From Arcobacteraceae bacterium (GTDB lineage Bacteria; Campylobacterota; Campylobacteria; Campylobacterales; Arcobacteraceae): a DNA stretch of 64,000 nucleotides. Position 1 is the first letter of the stretch. Every line of letters begins with the position of its first letter. The position numbers were made by a program, and so were the translations under genes. The DNA is taken from assembly GCA_041694355.1 (NCBI GenBank), contig JASMTK010000012.1, forward strand, positions 11,201 through 75,200, read 5' to 3'. Positions 38,678 to 47,260 of this stretch are shown piece after piece. Under the pieces are notes generated by a model. That model was not told the origin of the DNA. It was given only the letters and a program-made list of their open reading frames with translations, and searched no databases.

Positions 38678-38760
38678 AAAATTGTCCCGTGAATTTTTGA
38701 ACACATTTTATTATTTTATAGCTATATGTGAGGTTAAAAATACTTTAGTGATTTACTTAA

Positions 38761-38878
38761 TAGAGCTAGTTGTATGAAGATTCAAGGCGAAATTAGATTT
38801 TGACGATTGAGCCTACATATAGTAGGTGATTGAGTCAAAATCTAATTTCAACGCGGAAGGTTTATGCAAATAGCTCTA
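38761..38878. mobile_element. 118-bp palindromic MITE/REP-like element flanked by TTAA
   Basis: Terminal inverted repeats TAGAGCTA; perfect internal 16-bp inverted repeat (38789-38804 / 38834-38849); central CCTAC-atata-GTAGG hairpin; visibly richer in G+C than the flanks. Confidence 0.65.
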
Positions 38879-40789
38879 TTAAAGAGCTTTTGCTGTGATT
38901 CTTGAAAGTCTTTGAGCAAACGCTACTGTATCTGTGATTTCCATCCCCTCAGATAACTTTGCTTGGTCTAGTAGTACCCATGATACATCTTCTACTGTTG
39001 AGTCATCACTTAAGTCTTTTAACTTAGCTACGATTTCATGATCTGGGTTGATTTCTAAGATTGGAGCTGTTTCTGGCATCTCTTGTCCCATTGCTCTCAT
39101 CATTTGTTGCATTTGTGCCATTTGTGCATCACCTGCATCTTTTACTACACAAGATGGTGAGTCTGAAAGTCTATTTGTAACTCTTACATCTGTTACACTT
39201 TCACCTAAAATATCTTTGATTTTTTTAGTAATATCTTCAAACTTCTCTTCAACTTCTTTTTTCTCTTCTTCAGACTGCTCTACTTTTGGAGCTTCACAAG
39301 CTGTGATGTCTTTAAACTCCCACTCTTTGTATGCACCATACATTGGAGTTACGATTTCATCGATTTCTTTATCATCTAAGATTAAAACTTCGATGTCATT
39401 TTTCTTATACGCTTCTAATAATGGTGAGTTTCTAAGAACATTCTCATTTTCACCTACGATGTAGTAAATAGCTTTTTGCTCTGTATCTGCGTTGTCTTTG
39501 TATTGCGCTAAAGAAGTCATCTCACCTGTATTTGTTTTTGTTGATTTAAATCTAATTAAATCTAAGATTGTATCTTTATTTGTGAAGTCTTGATAAGCAC
39601 CCTCTTTTAGTGGTCTATTGTATTGTTCAATAAACTCTTTGTACTTCTCTTCGTCTTTTGCTAACTTTTTGATTTCATTTAAAATCTTTTTAACAGATGA
39701 TTGTTTGATATTTGCTAAGATTCTGTTTTCTTGTAAGATTTCTCTTGAAACGTTTAATGGTAAATCTTCACTATCAATAATACCTCTAACAAATCTTAAG
39801 TAAGTTGGTAATAACTCTTTTTCATCATCAGTAATAAATACTCTTTTAACATAAAGCTTAACACCTGGTTGATAATCAGCTCTATACATATCCATAGGTG
39901 CAGTTTTTGGAATATAGAAAAGTGTAGTATACTCATTTACACCCTCTGCTTTTGTGTGAATAGTTGCTAATGGATCTTGTGAGTCATGAGATATTGATTT
40001 ATAGAACTCATTATAGTCTTCTTGTTTTAAGCTTGATTTTGGTTGAGTCCATAAAGCAGTTGCTGCATTGATTTGTTCATGTCTATTTTCTGTTGTTTTT
40101 TTAGGTTCTTTACCCTCTTTTTTCTCTTCTTCACTTAACTCTTCTTCTACTTCTTCTTGGTAGTTTAAGTAAATTGGGTAAGCGATATGGTTAGAGTATT
40201 TTCCAATAATATTTTCAATTCTATGTTTACTTACAAACTCTTCAGCCTCTTCATCTTTTAACTTGATGTAGATTACTGTACCATTTGATTCTTTAGTAAC
40301 AGGAATAATCTCATACTCACCTGTACCATTTGAAGACCACTTATAAGCTTGCTCTTCACCTGCTTTTTTAGAGATAACATCAACATGAGATGCCACCATA
40401 AATACAGAATAGAATCCAACCCCAAACTGTCCGATTAAGTTAGAGTCTTTTTTTGCATCACCTGTTAAGTTATCAATAAAAGATTTTGTACCTGATTTTG
40501 CTATTGTACCAATAGAAGAGATTAACTCATCTTCATTCATACCAACACCATTATCAATAATACTTATTGATTTATCTTCTTCATCAAATGAAATATTTAC
40601 TTCACCTGACCAATTCTCTAATTCATTTTTTAATTTATCATCAGTTAATTTTAAATAATTTAATTTATCAATAGCATCACTTGCATTTGATACAAGCTCT
40701 CTTATGAAAATCTCTTTATTTGAGTATAAAGAGTGAGTCATAAGATGTAATAACTGTCCTACTTCTGTTTGAAATTGATGTTTAGCCAC
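38879..40789 (-). CDS. htpG: Chaperone HtpG (Hsp90), 636 aa
   Basis: FQTEV; RELVSNASDA; GQFGVGFYS; DLPLNVSREILQ; GTG 40789 lies 7 nt after AGGAG (the track start is too far upstream). Confidence 0.97.
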   Translation of the reverse strand: MAKHQFQTEVGQLLHLMTHSLYSNKEIFIRELVSNASDAIDKLNYLKLTDDKLKNELENWSGEVNISFDEEDKSISIIDNGVGMNEDELISSIGTIAKSGTKSFIDNLTGDAKKDSNLIGQFGVGFYSVFMVASHVDVISKKAGEEQAYKWSSNGTGEYEIIPVTKESNGTVIYIKLKDEEAEEFVSKHRIENIIGKYSNHIAYPIYLNYQEEVEEELSEEEKKEGKEPKKTTENRHEQINAATALWTQPKSSLKQEDYNEFYKSISHDSQDPLATIHTKAEGVNEYTTLFYIPKTAPMDMYRADYQPGVKLYVKRVFITDDEKELLPTYLRFVRGIIDSEDLPLNVSREILQENRILANIKQSSVKKILNEIKKLAKDEEKYKEFIEQYNRPLKEGAYQDFTNKDTILDLIRFKSTKTNTGEMTSLAQYKDNADTEQKAIYYIVGENENVLRNSPLLEAYKKNDIEVLILDDKEIDEIVTPMYGAYKEWEFKDITACEAPKVEQSEEEKKEVEEKFEDITKKIKDILGESVTDVRVTNRLSDSPSCVVKDAGDAQMAQMQQMMRAMGQEMPETAPILEINPDHEIVAKLKDLSDDSTVEDVSWVLLDQAKLSEGMEITDTVAFAQRLSRITAKAL

Positions 40790-40827
40790 GGAAATTCTCC
40801 TATAGTTTTTTTTAATTTTCTTTGATA

Positions 40828-40836
40828 ATTTTAACA
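40828..40836 (-). promoter_or_regulatory. Extended -10 promoter of htpG
   Basis: TG-t-TAAAAT on the minus strand. Confidence 0.55.
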
Positions 40837-40872
40837 GAACTTTATAAAAGAAAGCTAAAGCTTGAAAAGTTT

Positions 40873-40899
40873 TTAGCACTTTTATATATCAAGTGCTAA
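40873..40899. promoter_or_regulatory. CIRCE-like (HrcA) operator
   Basis: TTAGCACTT-N9-AAGTGCTAA versus consensus TTAGCACTC-N9-GAGTGCTAA, between divergent htpG and ciaB. Confidence 0.8.
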
Positions 40900-40973
40900 T
40901 TTTATCTCATATAATTTAAAAAAAAGATTAAAAAAGATAGACTATTATCAATTTACAATATAAGGATAAAACT

Positions 40974-42851
40974 TTGGATAAAAACAAATTTTTAGAAGAA
41001 TTAGCGGAAGTTTACGATTACTTAGATTCTCAAAAAAGAAATATAAACAACCTTATAACATATCTAGAAAATAAAGAGTATGACAAACTAACTATTATTG
41101 AAGAATTTGCTCAACACTTAGGCTTAGAGATGAAAGATGACCTAAGGTTTGCACTTATTACAAGACTTGTGAGTTTAAGAGATGACTCTTTAACACAGGT
41201 TTTAAAGAAATATGAAAAAAGTGAAGATGAGATTATAAAACTTCAAGAGCAAGCTTATGAGTTTGTAAAAGTCTATTGGGAAGAGAAACATAAAAATACT
41301 ATTGACTATATCAAACATAACAATCTTTTAACACCTTTTTATCAAGCAATCTTTGAAGGTGTTTATAATGTTGGGCTTAAGATGTCTTTATGGCAAAAAG
41401 ATTGGACAGCACATATAATAAATGGTATAAATAAAGAGTTATTAGCAAAATTTGATGGAGATGAATCAAAAGTTTATGAATATTTAGAAAACAATAGCTT
41501 ATATGATTTAGGACATAATAATCAAATAGCTGATAGATGTTATTCTGCTCTTGTAAACGAAAAAGGTGAATACAAATCAAGAGCATATATCAAAGCTTTC
41601 AAAGAACAAACAACAGCAGTAATAAATGAACTTGAAGAGTTTGAAGAGAAACTAATAGAGTTAGAGGATGATGTGTTTGGTGAGAAGTGGAATTATATCT
41701 TATATATCCAAAGCTTGATTAGAGCATTTGGTGAAGATAAAGAACACAAACTAATTGATAAATGGGCAGATGTGGATAGAGCCTGGATGAAGATAAAAGC
41801 ACCAATACAAATAGGTCACCCTTTAGAGTATTATGAAGATCACTTTAGAAAAGCTGTTGCATTAGAGTGGGATATTAGACTGTCAAACCCTCAATTTGCA
41901 CAAGATGATTATAGAGTTACGAAAATCAAAGCAGCTTTTGCGCAGATATTTGAAGATATTGAACAAACAGATGAGTATAAGAGTATTTATGATTTTTCAT
42001 TAAAGTCACTAGATAAAGTACAACTTTATATTGGAAGACCCGCTATGTTTTTTGGTGCTGAGTTTAATGGACTATTTTCAGCACAAGTTGTACCAAACGA
42101 TGAGATAGTATCAAAAGAAGAAGGTAAAAAGATATTTGCATTTAGTGATGAGATACTACAAACTAGTAGAGCAAGACCATTTCTAAAAATCTCAAAAGAG
42201 ACATTTGGGCAAGAGTTCTTAACAGAAGATAGAACATTTTTATTCAATGAAACTCAAAAGTGGCATCAGGTATATGATATTACTACTATAGGTCATGAGT
42301 TTGGACATATATTATGGTGTGATGATGAAACAGAATCAGCTATGAACAAAACAGGAAACTTCAAAAACATAGAAGAGTTTAAAGCTACAACAGGTGGTTT
42401 AGTCTCTTTCTTTTTAGATAAAAACAATGATGAAAAAGAGCTTGAAAGACAAGTACTAATTGATACTATAAAAAGAGCTGTTGGATTGATAGGATGGATG
42501 GAGGTTGATGAAGTTCAACCATACTATTGTGAAGGTTTGATTCATTTAAATGGACTATTTGAATGTAAGATTTTAGACTGGGATGAAAAGAACTTAATCG
42601 TTGATATGAGTGATGAAAAACATGAAGAGTTGAAAAAATGGTATATTCAAACATATACTAATCTAGCAAAACATTACTTAGATAAAAAAGACGCAACACA
42701 GTTCTTAAATCAATATGCTGTAAAAGAAGATAGATACTTTATGCCAGTAAACAAAAAAATCAACTCATTTGTAAGATACTACTTTAAAAGATACCAAGAA
42801 ATTGGTCAAGAGTTAGATACAGAAGATAAAAAAGATAACTATATAAAATAA
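40974..42851 (+). CDS. ciaB: CiaB (Campylobacter invasion antigen B) homolog
   Basis: QIGHPLEYYED; AVALEWDIR; GLFSAQVVPNDE; IGHEFGH; EEFKATTGG; TTG start with SD AAGGA. Confidence 0.88.
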   Translation: MDKNKFLEELAEVYDYLDSQKRNINNLITYLENKEYDKLTIIEEFAQHLGLEMKDDLRFALITRLVSLRDDSLTQVLKKYEKSEDEIIKLQEQAYEFVKVYWEEKHKNTIDYIKHNNLLTPFYQAIFEGVYNVGLKMSLWQKDWTAHIINGINKELLAKFDGDESKVYEYLENNSLYDLGHNNQIADRCYSALVNEKGEYKSRAYIKAFKEQTTAVINELEEFEEKLIELEDDVFGEKWNYILYIQSLIRAFGEDKEHKLIDKWADVDRAWMKIKAPIQIGHPLEYYEDHFRKAVALEWDIRLSNPQFAQDDYRVTKIKAAFAQIFEDIEQTDEYKSIYDFSLKSLDKVQLYIGRPAMFFGAEFNGLFSAQVVPNDEIVSKEEGKKIFAFSDEILQTSRARPFLKISKETFGQEFLTEDRTFLFNETQKWHQVYDITTIGHEFGHILWCDDETESAMNKTGNFKNIEEFKATTGGLVSFFLDKNNDEKELERQVLIDTIKRAVGLIGWMEVDEVQPYYCEGLIHLNGLFECKILDWDEKNLIVDMSDEKHEELKKWYIQTYTNLAKHYLDKKDATQFLNQYAVKEDRYFMPVNKKINSFVRYYFKRYQEIGQELDTEDKKDNYIK

Positions 42852-42884
42852 TTAAAGTTAAGAGATATCTCTCTTAGCTTTAAT
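42851..42884. terminator. Bidirectional terminator
   Basis: ATTAAAGTTAAGAGA-tatc-TCTCTTAGCTTTAAT, 15-bp stem with one G-U pair. Confidence 0.7.
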
Positions 42885-44781
42885 CTTTTAAAAATATTAT
42901 TTTAAAACAAGCACCTTTATATGTTTCACCCTCATAAGTAAAGCTTTCATTGTAAGCAGTTATTCTAGCATTATGGTGCTCTATTAATATTTTATAAACC
43001 ATCGATAAGCCTATTCCTGTACCTACACTTTGATGTTTTGTAGTGAAGTAAGGTTCAAAGATTTTATCTATAACCTCTTCTTTAATTCCTCCACCATTAT
43101 CTCTAATAGTAAGAGATAAGCCTTCATTTACTTTTTTTGTTTCTAAGATAATAACTCTTTTTTCAATTTTAAAAGTATTTTCAACTAAAGCATCTTTTGC
43201 ATTATTTAAGATATTCATAATTGCTTGAATTAACTCATTTTTATATGCAGTTATTTTCATATCATAATATATATCTTTTACTATATCTATTGAATTATTT
43301 TTAATACTAGAATTTATGATAGATAGTGTTTTATCAATAATTGAAGAGATTTCAATCTCTTCTTTTTCATTTGTATCTCTAATAAAATTCTTAAAATCAT
43401 CAATTGTATCTGATAAATAAATAGTTTGATTTAGTATATTATCCATATCTGAAGATAACTGAGTATTTTCAATCATTCCTAAATCATTTTTTAGCTTTAC
43501 TCCACTTGAAATAGTTGAAATTACACTAAGAGGCTGTCTCCATTGATGGGCAATATTACCAATCATCTCACCCATAGATGCAAGTTTTGCTTGTGATTCC
43601 ATTAGTTTATCTTGTGTAATATCTCTAGCTATACCTAAATAACCATAGATATTTCCATCTTTATCTTTTAGAGATGTAACTGTTAAAAGAACCTCTATAT
43701 ACCCACCCTCTTTTGTTACATAAGTCCACTCATGCTCATTATTTAGTCCTAAATCAGTTTTTAGTATAAACAGTTCAAAACTATTTTTTATCTCATGTTT
43801 AAAGTTTTTAGAAAACTCTTTTTTTCTTTCATCAACCTCTGTATCAAGATGTATTAACTCTGGAGTATGATTATTAACTAGTTCATCAGCTGTGTAGCCT
43901 AAAACTTTTTCAACCTCTTTATTTACCTGTTTTATAATACCTTGTTTATCTGTTCTTATTAATAAATACCCGATATTATCAAAGATTGCAGTTTGTAAAT
44001 CCAATGCTTTATATAACTCTTCTTGTTTTGATTCTAAATTTCTTTTTGAAGTCAATATTGTATTTATCATACTATTTATTGTTTGAGATAAGAGGTTTAC
44101 CTCTTTGTAACTATTTAGTGGCATTGTTTTTGTTGGTATTCCGTACTTATCTGTTTTTACTATAGTTTCAGTTATTCTTGAAAGTGGTTTTAAAATAATA
44201 GCTTTTATACTTATATAAAGACATAGTATAAGCAATGATGAGATTATGAAAGTATTAATTAAATAGAAGGAAACAATCTCTTCTAATTCATTCTGCATTG
44301 TTTTACCAGAGATGTAAATAGTGATTTCACCAATTATATTACCATCTGATGAAAGTATTTTTTTTGTATAAGAAAACACCGACTCATTAATAAGTTTTTT
44401 ATGGTAATTATTATCTATATCAAAATCAGTTGTTAGTCTATTTTGAATCTTTATTTTACCACTTATATAGTTTTTTTGTCCTGTTATTTTTGCCATATTA
44501 TAGTCATCAACAACAACAGCAAAAATATCACTGTGTTCAATCTCATTTCTAATAAGCTTTAAGTATTCATTTGGGGCGTAAGCTTCTATATAGTTTGCTA
44601 CATTTTTCTTAAGTGCAAGCATAGCAAGCTTTGAGTTGTTTTGCATATCTTTTATAATATTTGATTTTGTATTATTGTAAGTTATTACACCTTGAGTTAG
44701 CATAATTGATGAAACAATTACAAAAATCACAATTCCTAATGTGACAAATATAGATTTACCGTTTATTACTTCTTTAGTCAT
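42880..44781 (-). CDS. Membrane PAS sensor histidine kinase
   Basis: TM-periplasmic-TM; HAMP; PAS; GNIAHQWRQPL; DNGGG. Confidence 0.88.
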   Translation of the reverse strand: MTKEVINGKSIFVTLGIVIFVIVSSIMLTQGVITYNNTKSNIIKDMQNNSKLAMLALKKNVANYIEAYAPNEYLKLIRNEIEHSDIFAVVVDDYNMAKITGQKNYISGKIKIQNRLTTDFDIDNNYHKKLINESVFSYTKKILSSDGNIIGEITIYISGKTMQNELEEIVSFYLINTFIISSLLILCLYISIKAIILKPLSRITETIVKTDKYGIPTKTMPLNSYKEVNLLSQTINSMINTILTSKRNLESKQEELYKALDLQTAIFDNIGYLLIRTDKQGIIKQVNKEVEKVLGYTADELVNNHTPELIHLDTEVDERKKEFSKNFKHEIKNSFELFILKTDLGLNNEHEWTYVTKEGGYIEVLLTVTSLKDKDGNIYGYLGIARDITQDKLMESQAKLASMGEMIGNIAHQWRQPLSVISTISSGVKLKNDLGMIENTQLSSDMDNILNQTIYLSDTIDDFKNFIRDTNEKEEIEISSIIDKTLSIINSSIKNNSIDIVKDIYYDMKITAYKNELIQAIMNILNNAKDALVENTFKIEKRVIILETKKVNEGLSLTIRDNGGGIKEEVIDKIFEPYFTTKHQSVGTGIGLSMVYKILIEHHNARITAYNESFTYEGETYKGACFKIIFLKD

Positions 44782-45715
44782 TTATCCCCAAAACATTTCT
44801 TTTAATAGTAGGTAATAAGCTATCAATATTATCTTTTGATACTACTAAAACTTCCATTTGTATCTCTTTTTTTACCTGCTTATTTGAAAAGTAATCATCT
44901 ATTACAGATACTGACTTTTCTCCCATTAAAAAAGGCTGTTGCATTGCTGAAGCTATAATTTTACCTTTTGGAATCAAATCTAAAAAGATAGGCTCTGCAT
45001 CAAAAGTTACTAAAAGTACATCCTCTTTGTTTTTATCTTTTAAAGCCTCTAAAGCTCCCATATACTTATCTGAACCTTGTAACCACAATGCTTTTAAATC
45101 ATTTGAACTATTTATTAATTTAGTTGTTAAGTCGTATGTCTCTTTCTTAGAAAAATTTACTTGTTGTGTTATTCCTGAAGTTTTTATTCCATACTCATTT
45201 AAGGCTTTTAAAAAACCAGCTGTTCTTTCTTTTCCATTTTTTCTTTTTTGAGGAATAGCTACTATTCCTACTTTTTTATCTTCAATATTTTGTTTTACCA
45301 TCTCTTTTGCTAAAACTTTTCCTAATTTATAAGCACCATTTCTATTATTTGAAGAGATAAAAGAGAGATATTCACCTGAATCAGTACCAATATCAGATAT
45401 AACAACTGGAATATTTGCTTTTTTTGCAAAATCTAAAACAGTTACACAAGAAGAAGAGTTTATGGGAGATATAACTATTGCATCATTATTATTTTTAATT
45501 GCTTTAATTGTATTTGTTAACTCATTTTTACGAATATTATTTGAACTATAAATAGTAACATCATAGCCTAAGTCGTAGGCTTTGTTTTTAATTCCCTTTG
45601 ACATAATTTGCCAAAATGGAATACTAATATCAGATACAATATATGCAATCTTTTTATTAGTATCAGCACCTTGTAAACCTAAAACAAATAAAAATAACAA
45701 TAATATATGTTTCAT
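44774..45715 (-). CDS. Periplasmic RbsB/LacI-fold sugar-binding-type protein
   Basis: Signal peptide; PFWQIMSKG; SSNNRNGAY; RTAGF; TFD; QQPFLMG. Confidence 0.85.
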   Translation of the reverse strand: MKHILLLFLFVLGLQGADTNKKIAYIVSDISIPFWQIMSKGIKNKAYDLGYDVTIYSSNNIRKNELTNTIKAIKNNNDAIVISPINSSSCVTVLDFAKKANIPVVISDIGTDSGEYLSFISSNNRNGAYKLGKVLAKEMVKQNIEDKKVGIVAIPQKRKNGKERTAGFLKALNEYGIKTSGITQQVNFSKKETYDLTTKLINSSNDLKALWLQGSDKYMGALEALKDKNKEDVLLVTFDAEPIFLDLIPKGKIIASAMQQPFLMGEKSVSVIDDYFSNKQVKKEIQMEVLVVSKDNIDSLLPTIKRNVLGIND

Positions 45716-45832
45716 AACTCCCCTTTATTACTAACTTATTATATAACATATAAGATAAATTAACAAATAATAAATATTAAACTATAGAAAATAGTTATAT
45801 AATAGATGATAAATTACACAAAAGGACCAGTT

Positions 45833-47254
45833 ATGAAAGTTTTACTTACAGGTTCAACAGGATATATAGGAAGAAGACTAAAACAAAAACTTTTAACTGA
45901 AGATAATATTGATTTAAGACTTTTTGTAAGAAATAAAAAAAGCTTATCAAAAAATATCTCTAAAGATGTAGAGGTTTTTGAAGGTGATACTTTCAATAAA
46001 GATACATTAAGAAGTGCATTAAAAGATGTTGATACTGCATACTACTTGATTCACTCACTAAATAGAACTAACTATAAAAACCTAGATAAAATTTCAGCCC
46101 AAAACTTTGCTAGTATTGCAAAAGAGTGTGGCGTAAAAAGAATCATATATTTAGGTGGACTTGGTGTAAAAAATGAAGATACAAGTGAGCATTTACTAAG
46201 TAGATTAGAAACAGGTGAGGTTTTATCAAGTCAAGATGGGGTACAAGTTATCTGGATAAGAGCAGGAGTTATAATTGGTTCAGGAAGTACAAGCTTTGAA
46301 ATAATAAGAAACCTTACAGAGAAACTGCCTATTATGACCACTCCTAAATGGGTATTTACAAAGGCGCAGCCTATTGCAGTTGATGATGTATTAGAGTACC
46401 TAAAAGATTCAATTCATTTAAAAGAGGAAGATAACCTTATAGTTGATATTGGAACACAACAATTAACATATAAAGATATGATGTTGCAAACAGCTAAAGC
46501 TTTGAAATTAAAAAGGATGATTATTCCACTTCCTTTCTTGTCTATAAACCTTTCATCATACTGGTTAAATCTTTTCACTCCTGTTCCTTTTAAAGTGGCT
46601 AAAGCACTAATTGAGGGACTTAAATCAGAAGTTATTATCCAAAATAACAATGCCTCAAAATACTTTCCTCATATTAAACCAATGCCTTTTATTGATGCTG
46701 TAAAAAAAGCTGTTGAAGAGATAGAGACAAATCAAGTTGTTAGTAGATGGAGTGATAATGCAGGTAAAATATGGGAAAGAGATCATAGTAAAGAGATATC
46801 AGATGCTATTTTTATAGATAGAAAACAAGTTGATATTTCTAATATTAAAAAAGAAAAAGTATTTGCTAGTTTTATAAATATAGGTGGAGAACATGGTTGG
46901 TTTGACTATGATTTTCTATGGGAAATTAGAGGGATTATTGATAAACTAATTGGTGGAGTAGGACTTAAAAGAGGAAGAAGAAGTCAAGATGATTTAAGAG
47001 TTGGTGATAGTTTAGACTTTTGGAAAGTTGTAGATATAAAAAAAGATGAAAGACTTCTACTTTTTGCTCAAATGAAAGTACCAGGAAGTGCTTGGCTAGA
47101 GTTTAAAATAAAAGACAATAAACTAATACAATCTGCATATTTTTACCCAAGAGGTGTATTAGGACGACTTTACTGGTATGCACTTGTACCTTTACACTAT
47201 TTTGTATTTAAAAATATGATTGAAAGTATTGTAAAAAAAGCAAAGCAATATTAA
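45833..47254 (+). CDS. YbjT-like NAD(P)-binding SDR with DUF2867-like C-terminus
   Basis: TGSTGYIG; IIYLGGLG; GVGLKRGRR; GDSLDFWKV; ATG 45833 behind AAAGGA. Confidence 0.85.
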   Translation: MKVLLTGSTGYIGRRLKQKLLTEDNIDLRLFVRNKKSLSKNISKDVEVFEGDTFNKDTLRSALKDVDTAYYLIHSLNRTNYKNLDKISAQNFASIAKECGVKRIIYLGGLGVKNEDTSEHLLSRLETGEVLSSQDGVQVIWIRAGVIIGSGSTSFEIIRNLTEKLPIMTTPKWVFTKAQPIAVDDVLEYLKDSIHLKEEDNLIVDIGTQQLTYKDMMLQTAKALKLKRMIIPLPFLSINLSSYWLNLFTPVPFKVAKALIEGLKSEVIIQNNNASKYFPHIKPMPFIDAVKKAVEEIETNQVVSRWSDNAGKIWERDHSKEISDAIFIDRKQVDISNIKKEKVFASFINIGGEHGWFDYDFLWEIRGIIDKLIGGVGLKRGRRSQDDLRVGDSLDFWKVVDIKKDERLLLFAQMKVPGSAWLEFKIKDNKLIQSAYFYPRGVLGRLYWYALVPLHYFVFKNMIESIVKKAKQY

Positions 47255-47260
47255 GCTTTG

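Noticed and set aside
33147-38878. Prophage or integrative element
   Set aside because: No integrase, transposase, phage structural genes, tRNA or att-like repeats were seen; treated only as a variable patch
40790-40879. 30-aa N-terminal extension of HtpG given by the ORF track
   Set aside because: It runs through the promoter and CIRCE region; GTG 40789 has a strong SD and gives the canonical N-terminus
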